Source: Lama glama (lineage: Eukaryota). From it: a stretch of DNA of 64,000 nt. Where the stretch lies: the NCBI GenBank assembly GCA_028534125.1, contig CM052818.1, positions 8,434,001 to 8,498,000 of the forward strand, read 5' to 3'. The notes beneath the pieces were generated by a model. That model saw only the letters and a list, made by a program, of their open reading frames with translations. It made no database searches and was not told the DNA's origin. The translations under genes and the position numbers were made by a program. Below, piece after piece: positions 27,230 to 39,899 of the stretch; the first letter of the stretch is position 1; every line of letters starts with the position of its first letter.

Positions 27230-29030
27230 TAACGTGTAAAAAGCTTAAAACCGTATCTTCAATTTCCCTTTACTCAGCCTTTATGCTACTACTGTCATAC
27301 GTTTTACTTCTACCCATGTTATAAAATCCAGAATATATTATTATTTAAACTTTAAACAATTACCTTTTAAAGAGATTTAAAAAAATAAGACACATATTTT
27401 ATATATACTATTTATTTGCCATTTCCTGTGCTCTTCATTCCTGTATGTAGATCCAAACTTCCAAGTAGCGTCACTCTCCTCCTGCCTGAAGGACTTCTTT
27501 GTAACATTATTTTGCGAAGCAAATCTGAGGGTGATGAATTCTCTCAGCTTTTATATATCTGGAAACGTCCATTATTTTGACTTTTTTTTTCTTTCTTGGA
27601 ATAGAAATTTGTTGAAAGTTTTTTTTTGGTTTTGTTTTTTTCTTTGAGTATTTAAAGAATATCACCCACTGTCTTCTGACTTGAATTATTTTTGCTGATA
27701 AGCCTGGCTGTAGTTTTGTGTTTTTTTTTCATCATTCTTATAGTTCATCTTGAGGTTCATTCAGTGTCTTAGACCTATAGGTTTATATTTATTTTTTTCG
27801 ATTTCTAAAACTTTTGGCCATAATTTCTTCAAATGTTTTTTCTGTTTCCCTCACCTTTTTCTCCTCTTCTTTTAGAAATCCAATTACACACTTGTTATGT
27901 TGCTGGAAGTTGTCCTACTGATCTTCTGTTCATTTTTTTTTCATTTCTTTTCCCTTTTATGTTTTAATCTGGAGAGTTTCTATTGCTAAGTCTTTAAGTT
28001 CACTAATAGTTCCTTTTGCAATATCTAACATGGAGTTTAATCTCATCCAGTGTGTTTTTCATCAGCCTTCATATATTTCATCTCTATAAATCCAATTTGG
28101 AATTCTTTTTTGTCTTCCATGCCCATGTTTCCTTTCACCTTCTTGAATATCTGGAGTATATTTATAACTGCTAAATAATCATACTTGCCTTAATTCTATT
28201 ATCTGTACTGTTTCTGCATCCATATCTAATGACTCAGTTTCCTTCTCATTATTGGTCAGATTTTCCTGTTTCTTTACATGCCTGATAAATTTTTTTGATT
28301 GGCTATGAGACATTGTGAATTTTATATTTTGGATGCTAGATTCTTTTTTGGTATTCCTTTTAATATTCTAGGGCTTTGTTTGGGATGCTGTTACCTGGAA
28401 TCATTTTGTTTCTTTCGAACTTTGCTTTTAAGCTTTATTAGGAAGGTTAAGAACAGTCTTTAGTCTAGGGCTGATTCGGCCCTACTACTGCAACGACAGC
28501 CTTCTGAGGACTCAAATCGATGCCCCATGTGTTAGGAAGTCTCTTCTCTCTGGCTGGTGGAAACCCAAACTATTCTTGACCCTGAGTGAACTCCAGAGAT
28601 TGTTTCTGTCTGATTCTTTGTTCTCAGTTATTTCCTCATAATGCATGCACTGATCAATACTCAGCTAAAGACTCAACAGGAACTTTATACAGATCTCTGA
28701 AACTGTGCGTGTAGCTTTCTCCTCTCTGATATTCTGTTCACAAATTCTAGCCATCTCCATAACTCCAAAGTCCAAACTCTCGCCTCCTCAACTCAGGGAG
28801 ATTCTAGGGTGTTTCGGTTCTTACTCCCTGAACTGCAGTTGGAAACTCTCTCCTACAAATATGCTGGTACAATTTTAGAGCTCACCTTCTTTGTTTCTAT
28901 TCTCTTGGGGATCCTGTGCTATTTGTTTCCAATGTCTGAAAACTACTGTTTCATACATTTTATTTAGTTTTTCAGTTATATAAGACAAGAAGCTCTATTC
29001 AGTCTATGCTACCTCTATCATGGCTGGAAG
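27230..29030 (-). mobile_element. Old L1 ORF1/5' region relic
   Basis: ttcctgcctgaaggacttc...gatgaattctctcagctttt...ggccataatttcttcaaat...tagtctagggctgattcggccctactactg. Confidence 0.7.
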
Positions 29031-29674
29031 TTTCATTGTTGCTTTTTAAACATACTCAGGGCAGCAGTCTGCAGCTACACAATTGCACTATACAACTCCA
29101 GAATACAAAGTGAACATACCCTCCTCCCACCTCTACTCTAGATCTGAGTAAAATGGAAGCCCTAATCACACTATTTATATTGAGCTTATGGTCAATAAAT
29201 CTCTCATTTGAGTAAAACTAATAACTCAAAGGCAGATAACTCCTAATTTATAAATGTCATGATCTCGTTGTTTGGAATCTGAATAAATCTTCTTATCAAA
29301 TCATTATCATAAATGATTATTTGGTTCCCACAATAGACCCATCATAACATAACTTAAGTGTAACAACTTCAATAATCAATTAAAAACATTCAAGTACCAT
29401 TTATAACATGGTAGTTGTGAGAAGACACAATTGGATTTCTAACCAGAGATGCCAGAAACATATTTGTCATTTGTTAGTTTAGGGTGCACACATACTCATG
29501 CAAGAGTGTGAGAGAATAAGGGTCAAGTTAATAAAAATTCAGATGGAGGATGAGATAGATACTAACTTGTAAACTGTATATTAACATAGGGGCAGACCTC
29601 TTTTTACCCATCTAAAGGTATATTACAGAAAGATCTCATTAAAATATGATAATAGCAAAATGAAATGTACTTAC

Positions 29675-29915
29675 TCATCCAACTCCTCTTCTTCAGTTCT
29701 GGAACTATCAGCATAGAGATACTTGCTCATGTCCACTGGTCTTAAATTTTTTCTTTTTGTAGGCTGGGGAGGAGAATCCTTTATAGTTACAAAGGTTTCT
29801 GGCTCATCGAATGGGTTCAAATACTGTGGAGTCTGTACCTCTTTAAAGGGATTATAGCTGTTATTATAAAAAGATTCTTCTGGTTTTTTAGGTGAAACTG
29901 TTTCAGAGATTTGTT
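29675..29915 (-). CDS. EHBP1: EHBP1 internal coding exon (241 nt), NPF motifs 3 and 4
   Basis: Translation (E)QISETVSPKKPEESFYNNSYNPFKEVQTPQYLNPFDEPETFVTIKDSPPQPTKRKNLRPVDMSKYLYADSSRTEEEELD(E). Acceptor ttttatag|AA, donor GA|gtaagt; phase 1 to 2. Confidence 0.97.
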
Positions 29916-31764
29916 CTATAAAACAATAGGGAAAGATGAATTAAATCAAGTTAATATTATCTGGTATTTTCTTATATTTTTAGTGTTTTCAAAAATACTC
30001 AGTCTTAAATTAATAAAGTCTATGGGGCTGAAAGAGTATAGAGTCATTATATGCTTGAGAGAGACTAAGTTCAGAAGACGTGATATCTAAGATCTTTGTC
30101 TACTTCTCCAGGAATGATGCTCCCCAAAATAGCATCTTTGAATTGTTAATGCCCTTGGAATCTCTAAAAAAATTAGCTTTATGGTATGCCAATTTTAGAC
30201 ATTTTAACCTTCTTAAGTATTCTATTTTTGCTTATTTTATTTCATTATACTGGCTTGCCATTGCAAACTGATACAGAATAAATTTCTGTTTTTAAAAGAA
30301 GATAAAATGGATTAAATTTTCAAAGGTTCTTTGGTAGTTATACAAGCAGAGACCACTTAGGAATCTGAAAACTCATTCAGGAATATATCAAAAATACATG
30401 CATGTATCACTAAATTCGTCTTTGTAGTCTTCAAAGAGCAGGTTTATATATGCTATAAAGACCTTAAATCATTAGAGCTTTTAATGAGATGTTTAATTTC
30501 TTTCAATATAACTCATATCCAATCAACACTCTATTTAACACAAAGGAATAACAAGAATTCTGAAGTCAAAAGAACTATATTAAATTCCTATTGAGAAGCT
30601 GATAGACGTGTTACACCAAATTCTTCTAAACTTTACTATTTCAAATTTCAACTTGAAAATAAGGATACTCTTAAAAATAAAACTGACTTTACAGCACAAA
30701 AAGCACTACAACAGTATCATGTCTTCCAATAACACTTATGAAGTGCTTAGGACCAGCCTTTTTCTTTTACTCTTATGTTTATTAATATTTTAAAAGAAAA
30801 CTAGAATATGTAATAAAACTGTTCAAAATTCCAATTTGACTGATATAAATATTTTGCCAAATTGAAACACAGTTTGAGTCTATAATCAGATAGTACAAAA
30901 CCAATCTTAATTATGCCATGTAACTCTAACAAAACATTCTATAAGAAAGCAAAAAATTGGTTATTAAAATCTTCAAGAAAAATAATTGTTTCATAAGTGA
31001 CATTTCAAACAAAGTAATCCAATTATTATTAAAATCTCATGATTAATATATATTTATGATGTTCATATTTTAGAGTCAAACTACTTTTTACTAATGCTTT
31101 ATATATTAGCCCAGAAAACATATTTTGTCTTTACATTGAAAAAACAGAAACAAGAAATTAAAAAAAAAAAACCTCTGAATTGAAATTCTGTACACCATGG
31201 TGAAGCAATTATAAAGTGTGAAAGGGAATCATAACAAAGTCATAATAAATCAACACTGAAATGAATTTAAATACAGCCTATGCTAAAGAAGAGACTCAGT
31301 AACTGTATCTTTTGTAACACCAGGATAATACTCAATACTATAACATTACTATAATCTTCCTAATAATCAAAATGAAGCATTATTTTTTCTCTGTAGGGGA
31401 AGAGAGACTGCAAAGTTTTTGCCTATTCAATGTTTTGTTAACAAATATCAAGTCTCAAAATGCTTAAGAAACTGACAAAATCTGTCAATAGAAATAAGAT
31501 TTTTATTTTTACTTTCAGGTAGAGGATTGCAAAAATTGATCCAACCAATTCATCAGTTACAAAATGAAAAAGCAAGAAAGTATTCAAACCATAGAGCAAG
31601 ATTTGAAGATAACAGAACTGGCAACACTGGCAACAAAGGAGGGTTTAAGATGAGATTATTTTATATAAAGGCTAACAAATACATTTAATAACTTTCTAAA
31701 AGCATCACTGAATCACAGAATGTCATGAATCTAAGAGGAGAACTGAAACTATAAAAGCAAAAAC

Positions 31765-31945
31765 AAAAACAAGGTCCTACTATACAGCACAGGGAGCTAT
31801 ATTCAATATCCTGTAATAAACCATAGTGGGAAAGAATATGAAAAAGAATATATATATGTATAACTGAATCACTTTGCTATACACCTGCAACTAACACATT
31901 GTAAATCAACTATACCTCAATCTACAAAAACAAACAAAACAAAAC
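31765..31945 (+). mobile_element. Cetartiodactyl-type L1 3' end
   Basis: aacaaggtcctactatacagcacagggagctatattcaatatcctgtaataaacc...gtataactgaatcactttgctatacacctgcaactaacacattgtaaatcaactatac followed by an A-rich tail. Confidence 0.85.
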
Positions 31946-32605
31946 TAGAGGTCTTACTTCTTCAACAGCTCTTATCTAAGCTTTAGGAGTTTAAAACTAC
32001 TTGATAAGAAAAATGACTCAGAAAAAAAAATACCTGGTTTTATTCCTTACATATATGTTGTTATATGGTGGGAATGATTCTCAATCTTTTTTCTGCTCTG
32101 TGCTATTCACATGCACAACTTACTCTCATTACTGAGAGTAATTCTCAGTCACAGACATGGAGTTGTGGGTGGAGGAGCCATCAGACAGCAGTGTGAAGGC
32201 AGAAGAGCTGTATAGAGAGGGGTCGCCTCCACCACCCCAATATGGGTAGGTACCACAGTGTGACCTTGCTTGGTAGGCCACACCAAAGAGATTTTACTGT
32301 ATGCCAGCTAGGTAACATACTATTGTCTCTAACTTCAGAACTTTACTATTTGATCAAAGTAACAAAGAATTAAATAATTAGCCTCATGTAAATATCTACA
32401 CAAGGCTTTTTTTTTCACTTCAAAAATAATTAAGTGGAAGCTACCCAGAACTGCTGATCAACTGTAAGTGGTACTGAATAAAAATGTTATTGTCATAAAC
32501 AAAAATTACTTTATAGGTCTTTAAAAAAAATCTCTTCCTCCCCTTACAGTTCAACAGAACTTGACTATATAAAGGCTTTAAAAATACAGAAAAAAAACCT
32601 GCTAC

Positions 32606-32728
32606 CTTCTGAATCAGGATCTCCAAACGGATTTAATTCTGCTACATCAGGATCACCAAATGGATTTAAATTCACAGTGGCCAAGTCCTTTTCTGCTTCG
32701 TCCAAAAAGTTAAGTTTGTTGATAAGCT
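32606..32728 (-). CDS. EHBP1: EHBP1 internal coding exon (123 nt), NPF motifs 1 and 2
   Basis: Translation (E)LINKLNFLDEAEKDLATVNLNPFGDPDVAELNPFGDPDSE(E). Acceptor ttttcag|AG, donor G|gtagca; phase 1-1. Confidence 0.96.
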
Positions 32729-33386
32729 CTGAAAATAAACATACGTCTCAGTTCGCTATAGTTAAGCATAATTATTGTTCATTCATGAAATGGCTCAAAC
32801 TGTAAAAATTCACACTAATAATACCTGCAAATAATAAGATATAGCATCTTACCAATGGCAGAATGCCGTTCGAGTAGTTTGTAGCATACCAACATATTCA
32901 CATAAAACAAAATAAACATATGAATGTTAATTTGAAAATTATATCAGATAACAAACTGGAGAAACTTTCATCTGAATGTAATTTCATCCAATAAAAAAAT
33001 ACTGACATAGATTTTTAGAAAAAACATCCCTCATTCCTAAATATGAATAAATCAAATGGGTTTAATATAAGCAAATATTTTAAAAACAATATAGTTACAA
33101 TACATAAGCTAACTGAAGAAATACTATCATGTTATATGACCAATTATTATTCCATGTTTTTAAAATCACTGCCTATCAAGGATCCGGATATAGGCTTTGC
33201 TAAAGATGGTAAGTTGTTATGTTGTTGCCTGTTGGTGCACTACAAATTACCAGAAAAAAAAAGAAGTATTCAAGAAAAAGCACAAAGACAAAACTGACAG
33301 CTAAGTACAGACGGAAGTCAAGAGGTAGCAGGTCACAGTAAATACAGGCAATCAGAAGCAGAAAGAAAGGAAGAAAGCTCTTAGAC

Positions 33387-33491
33387 CTTCAGAGGAACTG
33401 GCTGATTTAGCTGAAGGCATATTTGCTTGCTTTATGCAGTCATCTTGATCTTCATCTAAGCTGCTCAGAGCATTCAATTGGTTTACAATTT
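33387..33491 (-). CDS. EHBP1: EHBP1 symmetric (phase 1-1) 105-nt exon, probable cassette exon
   Basis: Translation (E)IVNQLNALSSLDEDQDDCIKQANMPSAKSASSSE(E), visible in ORF 33352..33534. Acceptor tttacag|AA, weak donor G|gtctaa. Confidence 0.93.
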
Positions 33492-34818
33492 CTGTAAACA
33501 GAAGCCAGTCGAGACAAATGTAAGGTAAGGTCATTTAATTAAAGAGCCATAGAAGCATGCTGTTACTCAAAAAGACAAAGAGAGGGGAGGTTTGGTTAAT
33601 CAGGAGAATACATTCAGAGGATGTTATTTTGATGAACTTGTATGTATTTAACTGAAAGTTATGCTGTACTCGTATTTTAAGATGGAAAATATTTTATTAT
33701 TAAAATTTATATTAGCAATATAACAACCACGTTAATAAACACAAAACAAAGATAACCCTAGAGGTTGACACTGGTTTTCAGCAACCATATTATGCATTTA
33801 TAAAATAGTGCTTTAAATGCATGCATTAAAAATAGAATAAGAAACATTATCTGATACCATAGAAAATATGTGCTATTTGTTTTATAATATTCTAAACTTA
33901 AAGGTTTTAAGAATATATCTACATGAATCATGAACATAGTAAGTACTCGTTCATATTCCAGAATTTTAAAAATCAGCACAAAATAAGAAAAGCAAGCAAT
34001 AGTTATTTTCTACTCCTGTTTTCTAGGGAATTTGTTCTTTCAAAGGAATTCTTGAATATTTGCTTTAGGATGTCTTATAATTTCGCCAATAAGAGATAGA
34101 ATAAAAAAGAAACAGACAAAAAAATCTTAAACTAAAAATTCATTTTCTGCATAAACGGAATTCTTTACATGAGTCATACATATTTTGGACAACTCTGAAT
34201 ATGTGAAATTATGATCCACTGGGTGAAAATTAGCTTCAAATAAAATAATAAGAGCCTACCAGAATATTCTAGTTAATCCTTGCTATTTCCAAAGTTAAAA
34301 CCTGGGAATAACTTAGGTATTAGGACAAACCAAATAAATCCAGATCAGTCAGTGGGAAATACAGAAAAAGTCAGAAACAGAAAATAGTTGGAAATTCAGC
34401 ATAAATATGCTATTCTTTAATACCATAAATCTGAATACACATTCTAAGTTTTATTTGAATCAAATAATAGAATAGACGTTGTAATAAGGTTGCCTTCATC
34501 CATTCAACTGTTGTTGAACAAATATTTATTTATCACTCTGTGCCAAGTACCATGCTAGGGAAACAGGGATGCGCAAAAAAACAAAACAAAACAGACACAG
34601 TATTGTCCTCATGGAATTTACCATCATAAAGACAGAAATTAATAATGAAACAGAATAAATGACTACCAAAATACTGTGTGGTCAGAAATATGTATTGTTT
34701 TATAGACCTCTAAGCCAAATACATATGAAAAATTGATAAATTTATTCATTTTCCTTGTCTGAATGAGAAATATATTTTGCATGAATAAAACTGCTTGAGA
34801 TAGAAAGTAAGTCTAGAA

Positions 34819-35416
34819 GGAAATCTACTTCAGGATGACACCTGCACTCCAGTGTTCATAGCAGCACTATTTACAATAGCCCAAACATGGAAATAGCCTA
34901 AATGTCCATCAATAGGTGACTGGATAAAGAAGATGTGGTATATTTATACAATGGAATACTACTCAGCCATAAAAACCGACAACATAACGCCATTTGCAGC
35001 AACATGGATGCTCCTAGAGAATGTCATTCTAAGTGAAGTAAGCCAGAAAGAGAAAGAAAAATACCATATGAGATCGCTCATACGTGGAATCTAAAGACTC
35101 ATGGACAGAGAATACAAACTTGTGGTTACCAGGGGGGTAGAGGGTGGGAAGGGATAGACTGGGATTTCAAAATTGTAGAATAGATAAACAAGATTACACT
35201 GTATAGCACAGGGAAATATACACAAAATGTTATGATAAATCACAGAGAAAAAAATGTGACAATGAGTGTGTATATGTCCATGAATGACTGAAAAATTGTG
35301 CTGAACACTGGAATTTNNNNNNNNNNNNNNNNNNNNNNNNNNNNNNNNNNNNNNNNNNNNNNNNNNNNNNNNNNNNNNNNNNNNNNNNNNNNNNNNNNNN
35401 NNNNNNNNNNNNNNNN
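34819..35416 (+). mobile_element. Young 5'-truncated L1 (ORF2 C-terminus plus 3' UTR), tail in assembly gap
   Basis: Translates DTCTPVFIAALFTIAQTWK*PKCPSIGDWIKKMWYIYTMEYYSAIK...ILSEVSQKEKEKYHM. Perfect 16-bp TSD gaaagtaagtctagaa at 34803-34818 and 35417-35432. Confidence 0.93.
35317..35416. other. Assembly gap (100 N)
   Basis: Run of N. Confidence 1.
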
Positions 35417-35597
35417 GAAAGTAAGTCTAGAAAATAAGGAGTAAATGCAATTAATATCAACTGAACTCTTAATCTCAATGTGAATAAGAGCTGAATAGCC
35501 TTTATAAAGTGTTTTCTTCCATTTTACTCTTTATTTATTTAAACTCCACTCTGACTCAAACTAATCTAGCAAATTCCTCAGTAGGCAGAAATCATTC

Positions 35598-35716
35598 TTT
35601 TTGGAGGGGGGTGGAGTTAGGCTTATTTATTTACTTATTTACAGAGGTACTGGGGACTGAACCTAGGACCTCATGCATGCTAAGCACTGTACCACTAAGC
35701 AATACCCTCTCCTCCC
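35598..35716 (-). mobile_element. Vic-1-type camelid SINE
   Basis: Reverse complement GAGGGTATTGCTTAGTGGTACAGTGCTTAGCATGCATGAGGTCCTAGGTTCAGTCCCCAGTACCTC. TSD cagaa(a/t)tcattc at 35586-35597 and 35717-35728. Confidence 0.85.
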
Positions 35717-36649
35717 CAGAATTCATTCCTAAATTAGATCCTTTACCTCCCACTACTAGTCATTGTAACTTTGTAATTTTCACAGAAATACAATGGAGAG
35801 GAGTATCAGTGCTATGTGATTACCAGCGCATGACTGATTTTTTTCATTCATTAGTAGTTTTATATATTTTTAAATTTGCAGATGGCTTATTTTTAACTTT
35901 GAAAATACGAAAAAAGAAATATTAATAATAGCAACTAACATTTATTAAGCAATGGAAAGGATTTTGCATACATTGAGTTAATTCTCATAAATATCGATGT
36001 ATTATCATTAATATCCATATTTTATCATGTATATTAGTATCATTTATTTGCACTGTATTCCCAGTTGTACTAGGTTAAACATTTAAAAATAATTAAAAAT
36101 AATGCTCAAAGATATGTAGTGTTCTTTTTACATTTTAATTATTTAATATACTTAGATATAATCTCACTGAAACTAGAAATCATTTATTCAAACATCTTAT
36201 ATAATGAGCACTATAGAGAATACTGAAGAAATACTAAACTTGGTCCTTACTTTTAAAACATTAATGTTGTTCCATTATAAACGTAGGTATAATGTAGGCA
36301 TTTATTTATATACTATTAAGATGAATATTTCATGACTAAATTATTTACATTGTAACTTTTCTGAAAGCTTAGAATATTTCCCCTTATGCTTTTAGTGATA
36401 CCATAAAACCAGTGATGACCATTTCCTCATTAATGAACCCAAAGTAATTCCTTATTTCTATTTATTGTCACTGATGACAAGCTGTCCTAGTATTCTCTAT
36501 TTATCCATAGCTTAAATAAATCCTTGACTCCTAAAACTTCTGCATCTAGAATTTTCATTCATATTAACAGAGTGAAAAGACAATGCTTCCTTTATTTGGT
36601 TTTCAAATAAATATTCATCCAAATCTTAAAAAGCAGCAATCGCCAAAGA

Positions 36650-37480
36650 AACACCATTTATTTATATAATAAACATTTCTTAAGTATCTATTATATGTCT
36701 GGGATACTACCTGCCCTCATGGCTTTATCCTTTGTGGGACAGACAGACAAGTAAAGCAATATACAGTGTATGATAAATATATTTTATGATTGAGATACAC
36801 ATCGTAGGCTATGTGAAACTGGAAGAGAGATATATAACTCAGTTTGAGGTCAGGAAGGCCTCCTGGATTTATTCAAGGAGGATTCACTGAGTGGAAACGA
36901 GACAAACAAACATCATTACTATTATTAAAAATAAAGGGGAAACTGGAGGGCATTCCACAGGATAAAAGAGAGGCAAATGAGTACATGATCTACTCGAGGA
37001 ATAGCCAGTTGTTTGGGGTTTAAGATGCCAGGGATGGGGGATGGAATGAGATGAAGTTGGCGAATGTCCTAACATGAATGTTACTGTGACCAAATTAAAG
37101 AATGTAAACTACTCTGAAAGCTTTGGGAATCCATCAAAAGATCAAATGCATATTTTAGGAACATCATTCCAGGAGCAACATGGTGACAGCACTTGAGGAA
37201 AACAGGATAAGAAGCAAACAGATGAGTAGTTCAGCATCACCACTCCATGAGGGGAGGCCCTTAATAAATATTTGCTAATTAAAAAGAAAGATTTGATGGT
37301 TAATTCGACAAGGGGATGGGGAAAGCAATGTGGGACAAGAGCCAAGTTTCTGTTTTGGGTGATTGTGTGGACAATAGTTCTACCAGTGCAACTGGGGCAA
37401 TTCAGTTTGGCCATACCAAGCTATAGGTGCCTATGAAACTTCTCATGGAAACAATTCAATTAGCAGTTGCACATGTGGGT
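36650..37480 (-). mobile_element. LINE-2 relic
   Basis: aaacatttcttaagtatctatta...ctgccctcatggctt...ggtcaggaaggcctcctgga...tcagtttggccataccaag. Confidence 0.55.
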
Positions 37481-39279
37481 GCAGTCTTAAAATACTTAAT
37501 TGTGTTATATATTTCTCCTTTAAAAAAAATCTTTCTGTTTCTTCCAAATTTCCTACGGTTAATGTGTTTCACAGTTATAATTAGAAAAAAACTTAAAAAC
37601 TTAAAAGAAGGCTTACAACAAAGATTTATTCCCAGAATTTTTTTAGGTAGGAAGCTTTCTCACTAGTATACTATCCTGACCAAAAAAATTCTCTGACCCA
37701 ATATATTTTATATAATACTTAACTATGTATTAAACCTTTGTTTCACCAAAAATTTACACTTAGGAAAAATGTCAATAATGCTATATAACAGCACAAATTT
37801 CTACCTTAAACACAACTAAAAATGAGCAATAATCTATAGTGTTGCATTTAGTCATCATAACAGTGTGTCAATCTGGACTTGCTTCACATTGGTGAGAATA
37901 AGAAGGAAAACTAAACTAGGGGCAGGCAATCGAAGCACAGGGTCAAGTAATTTGAGACTCTTCTGTACCGTTAGGAAGGCAAAAGAAGATAGAAATTGAC
38001 CATCAGAGATTATCACACTGAACCAAAATGGGGGATGGAGGTAGTGTCACGAAGAGAGGGTGGGTTTTTCCTTTTAAAAAAGTCTGTAGTTGAGTTAAAA
38101 GGGTGGAGGTGGGGGTGGGTGGGGAGAGGACCTGCCTAGAGTTAGAACATATCTACAAATCTTGCAGCAACCTCATTCTTCTCTCCAAAGTATAGTAAGA
38201 TTCAGTACAGGTATATCTCATTTTAAGGTGGTCTAGAAAGTAACATTACAACTTCTTGACAGAGATCAAGTTTCCAAAGATGTCACTTTTCTCACAGGCT
38301 TGGGACCATAAATACTTGGTTTATGGATATAACTAACAGGTTTAATAATGTGATTTTCAATCCCACTAGCCGATCATAATGGGGAAAGGGGGGGCTGCTT
38401 CAGGCAGAAAAGTAAACATTGCATAGTCTGTCTCCCTGGATCTTCAACCCCCTCCTCCTAATTAATTAGTAAGCTTTAATGTCTTACTGACATGATTAAG
38501 TTGCTCCTCAGTTTTTAAAAAAGTTTCTTAACCATTACCTTATTCTAGTTTGGCTAGTCTCTCTTAATATTTATAAGAAAACATTAAAAAAAATAGTAGT
38601 CCAGAATTTCTCACCTAACATTCTTCAACTTACTGCAATCTTTTATCATCACTTTTATCCATTCTCCTTACTAAAACTGCTCTGAGGTCACCGTGTGTTC
38701 TAATTGGCAAATATACTAGACACTTTTTAGCTCTTACCATACTTGACTTCTGTATAAAGAAGAAAAATGTTGATAATAACTATTTTTCCCTTTGCCTCTT
38801 AAATGTTATTATTCCCTAGGATCGTATCATAGGTCCCATTCTCTTTTTCTGCTAAATCTGCTTTTCCTGGAAGAATTCATCTACTCTCTTGGCTAAGCTA
38901 ACACATACGTGGCTAGGTTTGAATTTCCAACTGCCTAGTGGGAATTTCCACCCTAACGACCCTAGACATTCCCCTTACATACTCAACAACACAAAAAATG
39001 GAATTAAATCTCTGGGCATCTATGTCATGTTCATCTTTCATCTCTAACACCCAGAAGTTTTTCACATAGGTAGTATTTAGTATATGTAGTGAATGAATGA
39101 ATAAATTGAATGAAACTCATATTTGGCATAATTTTTATAAAGGCAAAAAGACATAATATACCTTATTTTTAAATTTCAGAAATAGTATGTTTTCTAAGCT
39201 ATGTGTCTATCTAATATATCTACATGTTTATGTATGTATGTATGTATTATGTATCTATGTTTCATTTATCCCCAGAAAC

Positions 39280-39825
39280 GTTACAGTTTAAGCCAGTACC
39301 CCAAAATTTGGTGGCCTAAAACTACAAATATATATTGTCTCTCACAGTTCTGTGGGTTGACTGGATGCAGCCAGGTGGTTCATTGTAGTTAGAAAGTGGC
39401 TTGAGCTAAAGTCATCTGAAAGCTTGAACTAGGCTGGATGTCTAAAATGGCATCTTCACTTGTATGCGTTTCAGCTAGAAGGCTGGAACAACCAGGGGCT
39501 GGCCAGACATCTTTCTCTCTCTCCAAGTGGCCTGTCCATGTTGGTAGTTTGGGGTTCCTTTCAACCCAGCAATCTCAGGGTATTTGAACTTTTTACAAGG
39601 CATCTGGTGTCTCCCAGAGAATGCATTATAAGAGGCCCAGGTAGAAGTCACAAGGAATTTATAATTTAGCTTTAGAAGTTACAAAGTGTCACTTCCCCAC
39701 AGCATTCTACTGGTTAAGTGATTTACGGGGCCAGCCCAGAAGAAAGGGAGGGGACTACAAAAGGGCATGAATACTGGGATGCCTGGTGCATTTGAGGACA
39801 GTCTTTGGAGACAAGCTACCAGACA
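39280..39825 (-). mobile_element. MaLR LTR (MLT1H/I/J/K-like)
   Basis: ccccaaaatttggtggcctaaaac...tctcacagttctgtgggttgactgg...ttagaagttacaaagtgtcacttcc...gcattctactggttaag...aagggcatgaatac. Confidence 0.75.
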
Positions 39826-39899
39826 GTAGATCAATAAATCAGAGAGTTGAACTCATTCATTTTCTTAATAATCTAACATATTTACTATAATGTTTACAG

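Noticed and set aside
32120..32330. Moderately GC-rich patch with a short inverted repeat (ttactctca...tgagagtaa)
   Set aside because: Stem is too short to call an ncRNA; probably an old TE fragment I cannot identify.
32591..32605. Alternative donor 7 nt into the intron (gtagcag|gttttt)
   Set aside because: Very weak consensus and frameshifting.
33160..33245. Extra exon after the pyrimidine tract downstream of the cassette exon
   Set aside because: Both candidate AG acceptors give in-frame stops within ~10 codons, and there is no convincing GT donor.
35509..35925. 138-aa plus-strand ORF
   Set aside because: Runs through an antisense SINE, has a GTG start, and resembles no known protein.
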